DNA of 58,192 bases from positions 1 to 58,192 of the forward strand of contig JBEKSC010000018.1 of NCBI GenBank assembly GCA_049517415.1, in the 5' to 3' direction. Both the position numbers and the translations under genes were made by a program. Below the pieces are notes generated by a model. That model was given only the letters and a program-made list of their open reading frames with translations, did not search any database and had not been told where the DNA came from. This DNA comes from Candidatus Bathyarchaeia archaeon. GTDB taxonomy: Archaea > Thermoproteota > Bathyarchaeia > 40CM-2-53-6. This document shows, piece after piece, positions 10,047 through 19,852 of the stretch (position 1 is its first letter; each line of letters opens with the position of its first letter).

Positions 10047-11135
10047 ATGCACCAAGTCTTCGATGATATATGGAAGGTCTATCCGGATCATATGTTCAAG
10101 AATCACACATGGCATTGGTGGTGGTGGATTCACTTCTTCGAGAATCCAGATGCTCCCAAATTTCCCAGGCAGCTCATGATCCTATGGGGCACTAGGAATT
10201 GCAAGAAGGTTCGCGTGAATGATTTCTGCTGGGAACCGACAATCCCAATGGAGACTGACGGCAAGCACGCTGCTTTTGATTCAATCGTAGCCTCCTGGTA
10301 CTATGACGGAGCAAAAATGCATGACCCTCTCCTCCTCGACCACGGGAAAACCGAAACCGAACGAGATGACCACTCTGGACTAATCAGGATGGAAGGAGAC
10401 AAGGGCGTTTATGCCTATGGCGGAAGCTCTGCGGATTTCTGGCTGGACATAGGAACCAAGAATGTCAGAATTAAGTTATCAATGGAGAGATGGAAAGACG
10501 CGATGGCGGAACTCATGCCTACGGGAAAGAACTTCATTGGAAACATGGGGTACTCGATGTTGAAATATAGGGCACTGTCGTCATCGGGAAAGATCCGAGT
10601 GGGTGAAACGGAGACTCCTGTAAAGGGCAGATCGTATTTCCAGAAGGTGCGAATATCCTCGATAACCCCATGTTGGTATTGGGGCACAGTACAGTGGGAT
10701 AATGGAGCCTACTTGCAATACTTCTTACCTCACATTGGAATACCAATGCTTAGACACTCGAGATCTCATGAGAGCACTATGGATTGGGGTGAAAGAATGG
10801 TTTCAAAGACCCTTAACTTCTACGACCCCGATGAAGGCAAGGACCATATTATGGAAGACATCAAAATAACCAAGCACTATGAGAATGACCTACCAATATT
10901 CAGTGTGAACGCCTCCTCCCCTCAAACTGAGGTCAGCATTGAGATGGAAACATACGCACGATGCTGCTGGAACATATCGCAACCCCTACTGGGACCACTT
11001 TGGCACGGTATATTCTACAACGAGTATCCCGCAAGGGTTAGGAACTTCGAATTCAAAAGCGAATCCCGAAGCGCAAACAATGCTGATTTTGGCAAAAGCT
11101 ACTGCAACTGTGAGCACACGTGGGGCACGGTCTAG
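10047..11135 (+). CDS. Hypothetical aromatic-rich protein (possibly tocopherol-cyclase/AttH-like)
   Basis: 362-aa ORF with WHWWWW, GRSYFQKV and PCWYWG motifs. Confidence 0.6.
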   Translation: MHQVFDDIWKVYPDHMFKNHTWHWWWWIHFFENPDAPKFPRQLMILWGTRNCKKVRVNDFCWEPTIPMETDGKHAAFDSIVASWYYDGAKMHDPLLLDHGKTETERDDHSGLIRMEGDKGVYAYGGSSADFWLDIGTKNVRIKLSMERWKDAMAELMPTGKNFIGNMGYSMLKYRALSSSGKIRVGETETPVKGRSYFQKVRISSITPCWYWGTVQWDNGAYLQYFLPHIGIPMLRHSRSHESTMDWGERMVSKTLNFYDPDEGKDHIMEDIKITKHYENDLPIFSVNASSPQTEVSIEMETYARCCWNISQPLLGPLWHGIFYNEYPARVRNFEFKSESRSANNADFGKSYCNCEHTWGTV

Positions 11136-11216
11136 GGCACCTGATCAGTGCGAGTCATCAGATAAGGCCACCATTGTCTTGTTCATTGCCAAGTTAGACA
11201 CGCTACACATAGGCGA

Positions 11217-11711
11217 TTGGCATATGACAACCCTAAGAGAAACACACACGTTTTTCTAAGAGTTAGAGTGGCGTCTGGTGGCAGGAAGAGATTCTTGAGG
11301 CAAAAATACTCGGCCCTTGTTGGAATCGTCGGTGGCCTTGTTGACGTGATCGCGGGCCTAGCGCTGGTTCAACCTACGATGATGATGGAAAGCGAAACGA
11401 TGGTGACCCCTTCCACCGCCCTCTGGGCTGGGGTTTTCCTCATTGCGCTAGGAGTAATCGTCCTACTAACGGGCTTGTACTTGCTGACTGCTCGTATGAT
11501 GAAACACTCAATCATCGGACCTTCGATGTTGCTCTACGGTGTTGTCATGTTGGTTTTGGGCTTTGGCATGTTAGCGAGAGTCTTCTCGATGATGCAGAAT
11601 TCAACGCTTTCCGGAGCTGTGATGCTCCTGACGGGAATAGCCATGCTATGCAGCGGCTACGGTATGACGAATCACTTCGGTAGCATTAGAGCGCGCCATC
11701 AAAATACTTGA
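11217..11711 (+). CDS. Hypothetical 4-TM membrane protein (start may be 11295)
   Basis: Four hydrophobic helices. Confidence 0.7.
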   Translation: MAYDNPKRNTHVFLRVRVASGGRKRFLRQKYSALVGIVGGLVDVIAGLALVQPTMMMESETMVTPSTALWAGVFLIALGVIVLLTGLYLLTARMMKHSIIGPSMLLYGVVMLVLGFGMLARVFSMMQNSTLSGAVMLLTGIAMLCSGYGMTNHFGSIRARHQNT

Positions 11712-11759
11712 TCCGGCGCGGGCGATCAGCAGCTTAGTTCAGAGAGAGTCGTTTTCCAA

Positions 11760-12737
11760 ATGGAGAAGGGACGAATGAAGAGGATAGCCGTTTGTACAAC
11801 TGGTGGAGACGCGCCTGGCATGAATGCTGCCATCAGAGGCGTTGTCCGTATCGCCTCTTCAAAGAAATTTCAAGTTTTTGGTTTCAGGAGAGGGTGGGAA
11901 GGCTTGATCACGAATACGTTTACCCAGTTGACGCCTCGAAGCGTGGGCGGCATTCTACACTTAGGTGGAACAATTCTGCATACATCAAGATGCCCGGAGT
12001 TTGAGAAGAAGGAAGGAATCAGGAAAGCCGCGGAATCTCTCGCATCGAATCACATTGACGGACTAGTGGTCATCGGCGGGAACGGCTCTTTCAAGGGCGC
12101 TCTGAACCTTAGCGCGTACACGGATACAATGATAATTGGAATTCCTGCGTCAATCGACAACGATGTCTATGGAACAGAGGAAACCATAGGTTTTGACACG
12201 GCAGCAAACACAGCGGTCGCCGAAATTGACAAGATCCGGGACACGGCAGTTTCCCATGAGAGAATTTTCATGATTGAGGTGATGGGGCGAGAGAGGGGTT
12301 TTCTCGCGTTGGAGATCGGCCTCGCCGTTGGCGCGGAGATAATTCTAGTTCCAGAAGTGAAATATGGAAACGAGAACCTCTTCGAGACGGTAAGAGAAAA
12401 CATGGCCAAAGGAAAAAAGTCGGGCCTGATCGTGGCGGCGGAAGGAATAGGAGACACTCGTCTTCTTGCGGCACAGATTCAGCGAAACACAAAGGCAGAG
12501 GTCAGATTGAGCATCATAGGCTACGCTCAAAGAGGCGGCAACCCCACGACGAGGAGCAGGCTCTTGGCGAGCTTGTTTGCACACAAAGCGATCCAGCTCT
12601 TGTCACAGAAAGACGGTGACAGAGTAGTCGGATTGCAAGATGGCGAGATTGGGAGTGTGGAGCTTCAGAAATCATGTAATACGGAGAAGGTTTTGGATCC
12701 GGGCCTACTTAGACTGGCTAATCTACTTGCAACATGA
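11760..12737 (+). CDS. pfkA: ATP-dependent 6-phosphofructokinase, PfkA family
   Basis: TGGDAPGMNA, GGTIL.TSR, GGNGS, SIDND, EVMGR, GYAQRGG. Confidence 0.93.
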   Translation: MEKGRMKRIAVCTTGGDAPGMNAAIRGVVRIASSKKFQVFGFRRGWEGLITNTFTQLTPRSVGGILHLGGTILHTSRCPEFEKKEGIRKAAESLASNHIDGLVVIGGNGSFKGALNLSAYTDTMIIGIPASIDNDVYGTEETIGFDTAANTAVAEIDKIRDTAVSHERIFMIEVMGRERGFLALEIGLAVGAEIILVPEVKYGNENLFETVRENMAKGKKSGLIVAAEGIGDTRLLAAQIQRNTKAEVRLSIIGYAQRGGNPTTRSRLLASLFAHKAIQLLSQKDGDRVVGLQDGEIGSVELQKSCNTEKVLDPGLLRLANLLAT

Positions 12738-12767
12738 AAGCATCAATGCGGTTGCGGCGTCCGGTTG

Positions 12768-13559
12768 TCATGTGTCGGGGAAAGGTACGACTTTGGCACT
12801 CTGAATTATTCTTCGTATCAGTTCCTTTGTTTCCTTCGGGCCCGAGACTGATATGCACTTAATACCTGTGCTCTTCATGATGTAGTCGTTCCCACCTCTG
12901 AACAAAGCATCCCCGACAAACAACATACCCTTCCGTTCCACACCGAGCCGTTCTTTCAACTTCTTTACGCATAATGTCTTGTCAACGCCTTTTCTCGTGA
13001 CGTCGATGGACGAGGTCCCGCCAATAGATATCTCAAAGTCGGGCAGCTGCTTTCTCAGGAGCTTTCTGATCCTTAGACGCTTCTGCTGATTGGGATCCCA
13101 TTTACGCTTGAACCGCAACGGAGCTTTCTGGCCCATAGCGGAGAAGGTGAGCTGACTCCCCCTGTTCTCGAAAACTGGTCCGTATGTCTTTGCCGGGTGA
13201 ACGTATTCGGTTTCCGCGAAGACTCTTTGAAATGATTTGAGTATTTTCTTGATGTCCCTTACGGACAGGAGATTAGTGTAAGCTCGAAAGAAACGGCGTC
13301 GTTTTCTGTCAAAATAGTAACCACTGGCCGAGCATGTCGGAAACAGGAACAAGTTGCATAGGTTGCTGCTCTCTGGAAGTCCACTCAAGAATTGACTCTC
13401 AAATTGTTGAAAAGAACACCCCGAGGTCACTGCAACATATCTTAGCCGGAGCAGTTCGCAAACCAGCGACGCCATTTCATGATCGAGGTCTGACTTGCTC
13501 TTTGTTAGAGTACCGTCAAGATCGAAGATGACGATTTTCTTATGCGATATGGAATTCAC
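12768..13559 (-). CDS. HAD-IIB hydrolase, phosphomannomutase-like
   Basis: FDLDGTL, ENRGSQ, SIGGTSSIDV, FVGD..FRGGNDY. Confidence 0.85.
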   Translation of the reverse strand: MNSISHKKIVIFDLDGTLTKSKSDLDHEMASLVCELLRLRYVAVTSGCSFQQFESQFLSGLPESSNLCNLFLFPTCSASGYYFDRKRRRFFRAYTNLLSVRDIKKILKSFQRVFAETEYVHPAKTYGPVFENRGSQLTFSAMGQKAPLRFKRKWDPNQQKRLRIRKLLRKQLPDFEISIGGTSSIDVTRKGVDKTLCVKKLKERLGVERKGMLFVGDALFRGGNDYIMKSTGIKCISVSGPKETKELIRRIIQSAKVVPFPDT

Positions 13560-13579
13560 AAGCTTTGATTAGACGGATC

Positions 13580-14509
13580 CTAGCTGTAGCTTTCTAAGGC
13601 TTCTATTAGCAATTTCATTGGGATACTCGCGACGCAGCAGATTCTGTCTGCTCCGCCGTAGAAGACCTTGAGGTCATCCTTTACGACGACAGCGCCTTCA
13701 GGGAAAACAACATTAGGTACCACTCCGACCCTTTCGAAGTCTTCTTCCGGTTCTAGGATAGGTTCCGGAGTTCGGGCGATCACTCGGAATGGGTTTTCAA
13801 GGTCAAGGAGGGCTGCCCCTGCGCGATATACGGTGTTAGAATCCACGCCGTGATAGATTACCAGCCATCCGGCGTCCGTTCGGATCGGAGGTGGGCCTAT
13901 TCCGACCTTCTGTTCTTCCCACTTCCACTTTGGTTTCATGATAGTGTTTGTTTCTATACGTTTCAGATAGTTCTTCGAGTATGGGTTCTGCGAAACCTTC
14001 TCCATCCGCTTTATGCTATGAAAGAAAACCAACTCAATGTTTGGTGCTATTCTGTGTATAACGGCGAATTTTCCGCCAATTAGCTCAGGAAAGAGGGCGG
14101 CGTCCTTGTCGTCATAGTCCGGTGCTACTACGCCGTAGCGTTCGTAACTCATAAAGTCGGTAGTCGAGGCCAGAGCTACTCGTGGACCCCGTGGCGAATA
14201 AGCCGTATAGAAAACGTAGAATCCGCCATCGAAGGCTGTTATGCGCGGGTCTTCGCAACCCAGTACTTCCCAAGAGTCAACCGGAGCGAAGACAGGTTCC
14301 ATAGATCGGCCCACGATCGTTTCGCCGTCTGTAGTTGTCGCATGGCCAAGCGATGAAATTTTGTGTTCGTTGACAGCCCTATACAGAATGTGAATGACCT
14401 CACCGTTTCTCGCGGCTCCAGGGTTGAAGGTGCCCGCGACTTCCCATGCGATGCCGGGTCTTGGTTCAATGATAGGATTCTTGGGGCTTCGGACGAGCTT
14501 AATGTTCAT
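13580..14509 (-). CDS. GH130-family glycoside phosphorylase/hydrolase
   Basis: FNPGA, GCEDPRIT, KDAALFPE, YHGV, VPNVVFP. Confidence 0.92.
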   Translation of the reverse strand: MNIKLVRSPKNPIIEPRPGIAWEVAGTFNPGAARNGEVIHILYRAVNEHKISSLGHATTTDGETIVGRSMEPVFAPVDSWEVLGCEDPRITAFDGGFYVFYTAYSPRGPRVALASTTDFMSYERYGVVAPDYDDKDAALFPELIGGKFAVIHRIAPNIELVFFHSIKRMEKVSQNPYSKNYLKRIETNTIMKPKWKWEEQKVGIGPPPIRTDAGWLVIYHGVDSNTVYRAGAALLDLENPFRVIARTPEPILEPEEDFERVGVVPNVVFPEGAVVVKDDLKVFYGGADRICCVASIPMKLLIEALESYS

Positions 14510-14576
14510 ATCATCACCTCATTATGCTCATACTTGAAGCCCTGGGCTTTTTTCCCAAATAACTCAATCGATGACT

Positions 14577-16082
14577 TCAGAGGTTAAGGGTGTGATACAC
14601 TATTTCTATTCCCTGTGCGTGTTCTTCCCAGTATCTGAATGCAAAGAGCAGTGCCTCCTCGCTCTCTGAGTGGATACGCAGGAGTAGTTCTCCTTCGTCG
14701 ACGTTATCGCCAACATGTTTCATGAGGTAAATTCCTGCTCCTAGATTGCGAGGTGCACCAGCGAGTTTTGCTGTTCGTGCTATTATTCGGTTCCGAACCG
14801 CGTTCACTCGTCCGCTTCTCCGTGCGTAAATTTCCTTGACATGCGTTCCTAGAGGAGTCAATTCCTTACGCCCTTGGAGGTTTCGAATTCGTTCAAACTT
14901 CTCGTAAGCTTCACCAGATTGTAATAGATTCTCTGCGCGATTACGTCCTCGACCGCGTGGAACCTGACCGGTGAACTCCAACAGTTGTCCAGAAAGATAG
15001 AGAGACCTTTCTTTAAGGTCGGTTGGGGCATCAGGTTCGTTCCTTAAGACTTTCAGTACGTCTTTAGCCTCCAAAACTGGACCGACGCCGTTGCCTATAG
15101 GTTGCGATCCATCGGTAATCTCGACTTGAATATTCAAGCCTAGCCTGGCTCCAATTTGTCGAAAACGCTGCTCAAGACCAATAGCCCTTTCAGCCGTTTC
15201 TGCTTTGGAATCTGAACCCGTTGGAACTTCCAGCAGCACATGTGTAGCTCCCGCAGCCTTCTTTTTTGCAAGGATGGAAGCGATCATGAAACTTTCTGAG
15301 TCTATGTTTAGTGGATGCTCTACCTGGATGATTAGGTCATCCGCTGGAGCAAGATTGAGGGCTCCTCCCCATACAAGACAGCCCTTTTCACTCGCCGCTA
15401 ATTCTTTGATGCGCTTGACCGGCAATTCGACGTTCATTAGTGTCTCCACAGTGTCCGCGGTACCTGAAGGTGACGTTACGGACCGCGATGACGTATTCGG
15501 AATAATCAAACCGGAAGCTGCGGCGATTGATACCACGATCGGAGTCGTTCGATTTCCCGGAACTCCTCCGATCGAGTGCTTATCAGCGATTATTGAACCG
15601 TTGAAGTTTATCTGTTCGCCACGATCGACCATCGCGCTTGTCAACCAATATACTTCATCATCGTTGAGAGGGTTCATCGTTGCCGCTACGACGAACGCCG
15701 TTAACTCAACTGTTGAGTATCGTCCTTCCACAATGTCATCCACGATATTCACAAAGTCTTGTGACAACAGATGCGCCCCCGACATCTCGCGACGCAGTTG
15801 CTCCAACGATTTTGGCGGATCAGCAGGCCTCACATCTACCGTTTCCCCGGATTCCACTCCAAGCTTAGCGAACGCGGAATCGCTTAAACCAATAGAACCG
15901 GACGGTACGGTTGTCCCTTCTGCCACGTTGAGCACAGCGAGAACTTTTCTATCCTTCGCTGAGACTTCAACGCGATCCATCGGATGTAATCCTACAGAGA
16001 ATTTCTTCAGTTCATCATGGTCTAGAAACGCAATGTTTTCTCTGTACGCGTCAATCCCGATCCGTTTTAATGTCAGCTTCAT
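14577..16082 (-). CDS. AMP phosphorylase (thymidine phosphorylase family)
   Basis: DKHSIGGVPGNRTT, TSSR.VTSPSGTAD, TDGSQPIG.GVGP.LEA; N-terminal extension typical of AMPpase. Confidence 0.9.
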   Translation of the reverse strand: MKLTLKRIGIDAYRENIAFLDHDELKKFSVGLHPMDRVEVSAKDRKVLAVLNVAEGTTVPSGSIGLSDSAFAKLGVESGETVDVRPADPPKSLEQLRREMSGAHLLSQDFVNIVDDIVEGRYSTVELTAFVVAATMNPLNDDEVYWLTSAMVDRGEQINFNGSIIADKHSIGGVPGNRTTPIVVSIAAASGLIIPNTSSRSVTSPSGTADTVETLMNVELPVKRIKELAASEKGCLVWGGALNLAPADDLIIQVEHPLNIDSESFMIASILAKKKAAGATHVLLEVPTGSDSKAETAERAIGLEQRFRQIGARLGLNIQVEITDGSQPIGNGVGPVLEAKDVLKVLRNEPDAPTDLKERSLYLSGQLLEFTGQVPRGRGRNRAENLLQSGEAYEKFERIRNLQGRKELTPLGTHVKEIYARRSGRVNAVRNRIIARTAKLAGAPRNLGAGIYLMKHVGDNVDEGELLLRIHSESEEALLFAFRYWEEHAQGIEIVYHTLNL

Positions 16083-16311
16083 GTGTGACGCTCCAAAAAA
16101 TGATGAGGCGTCAGGACAGGGCGCCGCTCCAAGCGATTCATACGCCTAAACTTAAGCGTCTGATATTTCAGAATGTGCTCGTGTTATTTTCAATAAGGAC
16201 AGTTCCGGTACTTTTCCGATGACCCAATTTCAAGTCGGTAATGGTAAATGTTGGTGGAAATCTGGCATAATTTCATATAACCAGTAATCCACCGAAACCT
16301 CCAGACTAGAA

Positions 16312-17961
16312 TTGGATGGGTCGCTCATGGCTAAGGATTTTGCGAAGTTGAGGTTGAGAAGGTTCTTTGTTGGGGGATTGTTTGGCGGCATTCTTGCCAC
16401 AGTTATACTATTTTTTGCCACTGAGTTTCTTGGGTTCCCCTTCCCACCCTTAGCAATCTTTCAAGTGCTAATCGCTCCGGTTCCAGGGTCGATTCAATCG
16501 GTCGTGGTTGATACGTTTCGTGAATATGCCAAATATTCGGCGTTCGTTGCTTCATCCGCTATCTACGCGATAATGTACGGCCTGATCGCTGTCGGCTTAG
16601 CGTTTGTGTTCAGGGGAGATTTGCATGCCAAGGTGAAGGAAGCAACACTTGTCGGCGTCCTAGTGCCAACCGTGATCGGCCTCGGCCTTCAATTGGAGTT
16701 AGCTAACGCGTTCCCAGCCATATCGTCCTTGTACGGTTGGGTTCTTGCCGGCATTCTCGTTGTAGCAGTGAACCTCATCTACGCTAAAACGGTCATCAAC
16801 TACACCACAATTCCTCCAGCCGCCGTAACCGTGAAGCAACCCCCTATGGCCGCTGTCTCATCCGTGCGGCGTGTTCTATTGAAGAAGGCTGTGGTCGCGG
16901 CTGCCGTCCTAGTGTTCGCGGGTGTTGCAGCTAAGATTGCGTTATCCGTACTCTCAAACCAGCCAGTCGTGACAAGCGGGACGTCCGTCCCAATCAACCC
17001 TAACGCAGGCCAAACAACAATCACCGCTAACAGCAGTAGCGGCGTCGCGGATATTTTCAGTGACCCTAGAATCAGCGACCTAGTAGCCTCCGAGGTGAGC
17101 GATAACCGGGTCTTCTACAGGGTGGACATTAACCCAATTCCGCCGCAACTGGACTTCGACACGTGGACACTGAATCTTCACGGGAAAGTGAACAATGCCC
17201 AGACTCTGGACAAGAACTCGTTGCTTCAACTGGCTACCGTTGATGAGTACGCTACGCTTGAGTGCGTTAGCAACACTATCTATCCACCTGGTGGGCTCAT
17301 CAGTAATGCCAAGTGGACCGGCGTCCCGCTCGCTACGCTACTCAAACAGGCTGGCTTACTTGCCGATTCGAAGTACGTGGTTTTCACGTGCGCGGACGGT
17401 TACACGGTGGGCATACCAATCGAACGCGCATTAGAACCAGGCGCTCTCTTGGCGTACAAGATGAATGATGTCATGCTTCCCAACGAGCATGGGTTCCCTC
17501 TACGAGCGATCGTTCCAGGGATTTATGGGATGATGAATGCGAAGTGGATTACGGAGATCGAAGTCACAGACCAAGTTTACTTGGGCTACTGGCAGGTACG
17601 CGGCTGGTCAAACGACGCCCGTATCAAGACAACCTCGATCATCTACTACCCCACAAGCAACGTCCAACTAAATAGCTCCACGCCAATCGCAGGCGTCGCC
17701 TTCGCCGGCGACCGCGGCATCAGTAAGGTTGAAGTCAGCGTTGATGGTGGAAACACGTGGAATGAGGCCACCTTGAAGCCGCCGGGCTCACCCTACTCCT
17801 GGGTGCTATGGGCTTATGAATGGAAGCCGACGGTAACCGGCACCGCCAACATCGTTGTGAGAGCGACTGACGGCACAGGCCAACTACAAGACGCAACCGT
17901 TACACAATCCTTCCCAAACGGAGCCTCCGGATATCCCTCTGTCCAAGTTACAGTTGCATGA
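16312..17961 (+). CDS. Membrane-bound molybdopterin oxidoreductase (sulfite oxidase family)
   Basis: N-terminal TMs; TLECVSN, HGFPLR.IVPG.YG...AKW; C-terminal dimerisation domain. Confidence 0.9.
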   Translation: MDGSLMAKDFAKLRLRRFFVGGLFGGILATVILFFATEFLGFPFPPLAIFQVLIAPVPGSIQSVVVDTFREYAKYSAFVASSAIYAIMYGLIAVGLAFVFRGDLHAKVKEATLVGVLVPTVIGLGLQLELANAFPAISSLYGWVLAGILVVAVNLIYAKTVINYTTIPPAAVTVKQPPMAAVSSVRRVLLKKAVVAAAVLVFAGVAAKIALSVLSNQPVVTSGTSVPINPNAGQTTITANSSSGVADIFSDPRISDLVASEVSDNRVFYRVDINPIPPQLDFDTWTLNLHGKVNNAQTLDKNSLLQLATVDEYATLECVSNTIYPPGGLISNAKWTGVPLATLLKQAGLLADSKYVVFTCADGYTVGIPIERALEPGALLAYKMNDVMLPNEHGFPLRAIVPGIYGMMNAKWITEIEVTDQVYLGYWQVRGWSNDARIKTTSIIYYPTSNVQLNSSTPIAGVAFAGDRGISKVEVSVDGGNTWNEATLKPPGSPYSWVLWAYEWKPTVTGTANIVVRATDGTGQLQDATVTQSFPNGASGYPSVQVTVA

Positions 17962-18043
17962 TTCCCCTGACAGAAACTCCCTCCTACACACGCAAACAGA
18001 ACCGTCAATACCAGGTTAGGGGACCGGCGTCTTCTATTCAGTT

Positions 18044-18439
18044 TCATTTCTTGGTGAATTTTAGGGAAGCGGAGTTGATGCAATAGCGGAGGCCGGTTGG
18101 TGCTGGGCCGTCGTTGAAGACGTGACCGAGGTGCGCTTCGCATTGACTGCATTCAACCTCGGTCCGCCTCATGAAGAAGCTGTTGTCGGCCTTGGTTTTG
18201 ATGTTGTTCTGATCCATTGGTGCGGTGAAGCTTGGCCATCCTGTTCCAGAGTCAAATTTAGTCTCGGAACTGAATAGGTTGTTGCCGCAACAGACGCACT
18301 GGTAGACGCCGGGCTCATCGTTGTCCCAGTACGCGCCCGTGTAGGCTCGCTCGGTTCCCTTCTTCCGGGTAACGTGAAACTGTTCTGGGGTTAGCTGCTG
18401 CTTCCACTCTTCTTCGCTCTTGACAACTTTCTGCGCCAT
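18044..18439 (-). CDS. msrB: Peptide-methionine (R)-S-oxide reductase
   Basis: [23 protein letters not shown]. Confidence 0.97.
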   Translation of the reverse strand: MAQKVVKSEEEWKQQLTPEQFHVTRKKGTERAYTGAYWDNDEPGVYQCVCCGNNLFSSETKFDSGTGWPSFTAPMDQNNIKTKADNSFFMRRTEVECSQCEAHLGHVFNDGPAPTGLRYCINSASLKFTKK

Positions 18440-18478
18440 CTATCTCAACCCATTAGACGCGATCATAAGGCTGCCACG

Positions 18479-18772
18479 CTAGCGAAGGCTCAACCATAGA
18501 AGCACCGCCAACCCCGCAGTTTCCGCAACCGTAATCGCCATCACAAGCATCTCCACATCCGACGCATAGTACATGAACATCGCAACGTACGAATAGAAGG
18601 CTAAGAGGTTCTGGAGCAGAAAGATCCCAGCGAAGAAAAGTAATCCCGCCGTAAACGCGGCTTTAATTTTCCTGAAGCCATTAGCGTACACGGCAAGCAG
18701 GCCTATTAGAAGTAGGATGTTCACTAAGGAGAACACTGCCGCCGCCTGAAGCATCATCTCCGCCATGCTCAA
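18479..18772 (-). CDS. Small 3-TM membrane protein paired with a wHTH regulator
   Basis: Hydrophobic ORF (FTAGLLFFAGIFLLQN). Confidence 0.75.
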   Translation of the reverse strand: MSMAEMMLQAAAVFSLVNILLLIGLLAVYANGFRKIKAAFTAGLLFFAGIFLLQNLLAFYSYVAMFMYYASDVEMLVMAITVAETAGLAVLLWLSLR

Positions 18773-18803
18773 TCACCCCCGCTTTCAACGCTCAAAACAT
18801 TAT

Positions 18804-19097
18804 CTACTTTGGCCCAATTTTCTCCCAAATCTTCACGAACTCCTCATAATTCTGTTCAAGCTCAGGGGAAAGAAAATACAATGAACCATAACCTTCCCCC
18901 ACCCCAAGGATTAGCCTATTCTTCGACAAAACGCTCAGATGATGTCGCACGGTCTTGTAATCCATTCCTAACCTCTGAGCAAGTTGATTCGCATTAAGTG
19001 GTTGGTCTTTGATAGCCAGTATGATTCGTGCGCGGTTCGCTCCACCTCGGTTCCCTGCGACCACCCACCAAAGAATCCGGCGGACAGCGCTTGACAT
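18804..19097 (-). CDS. ArsR-like wHTH regulator
   Basis: RGGANRARII...NANQLA..LGMDYKTVRHHL.VL; likely start MSSAVRR. Confidence 0.87.
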   Translation of the reverse strand: MSSAVRRILWWVVAGNRGGANRARIILAIKDQPLNANQLAQRLGMDYKTVRHHLSVLSKNRLILGVGEGYGSLYFLSPELEQNYEEFVKIWEKIGPK

Positions 19098-19224
19098 TTC
19101 GTATCTGGCCTCAGTAAGGCTTCCTGTTTCTCCATACATAAGTTGTGAATTAGCCAAAACATTTGCGTGATACTCTGAATCTCCTTCAAGCTTCTTATGG
19201 AACCGGTGTGCAGAGAAGGAAAAG

Positions 19225-19833
19225 TTGGCCTTGACCGCCCCCATTGATGCAGGCACCGCCAACCTGCGGTGTCCTAGCTGTGACACTGAATCCATGCTAA
19301 CGAGTCAGACGGAGTATGAGGTTGAGCATTTCGGTTCCGTCCTCTTGAGCATCGTCACCTGTGGGAAGTGCGGTTACCGGCATACCGACGTTATGACGTT
19401 GAGGGAACGTGAACCCATCTCGCTAACCGCCAAGATCAGTTCCATCGAGGACCTGAACCTACGGGTCATAAAGTCTGGAACAGCTACGGTGATTATACCG
19501 GAATTCGGGGCAACTATCACTCCCGGCCCGTATAGCGAAGGTTACATTTCGAACGTTGAAGGCATCCTAGACAGGATTCAGGATGCGCTAATTTTTATGC
19601 TCTCCACGGCGGACGGAAAACGGCTTGCGAAGGGCGAGAAGATGCTCAAACAATTTCGGTCCGCTAAGGAGTCGAAGCCCCGTTTCACCTTCACCCTTAA
19701 GGACCCTCTAGGCAACAGCGCAATCGTCTCACCAAACCCCCGGAAAGTGAAGAAACGGCGCCTCACAAAACGGGAACTTCTAACCGTTAAGTATGGACAA
19801 TTTGCATTAGCGCAGGCACCAAGACGGCGTTGA
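19225..19833 (+). CDS. ZPR1 zinc-finger protein
   Basis: CPSC...HFG...CGKCGYR, SNVEGIL, DPLGNS. Confidence 0.93.
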   Translation: MALTAPIDAGTANLRCPSCDTESMLTSQTEYEVEHFGSVLLSIVTCGKCGYRHTDVMTLREREPISLTAKISSIEDLNLRVIKSGTATVIIPEFGATITPGPYSEGYISNVEGILDRIQDALIFMLSTADGKRLAKGEKMLKQFRSAKESKPRFTFTLKDPLGNSAIVSPNPRKVKKRRLTKRELLTVKYGQFALAQAPRRR

Positions 19834-19852
19834 GTTAAGAGCGAGCGGTTCC

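Noticed and set aside
15205..16149. 314-aa plus-strand ORF and similar antisense ORFs over DP2, cdc6, SulP and acr3
   Set aside because: Antisense shadows of well-supported genes.
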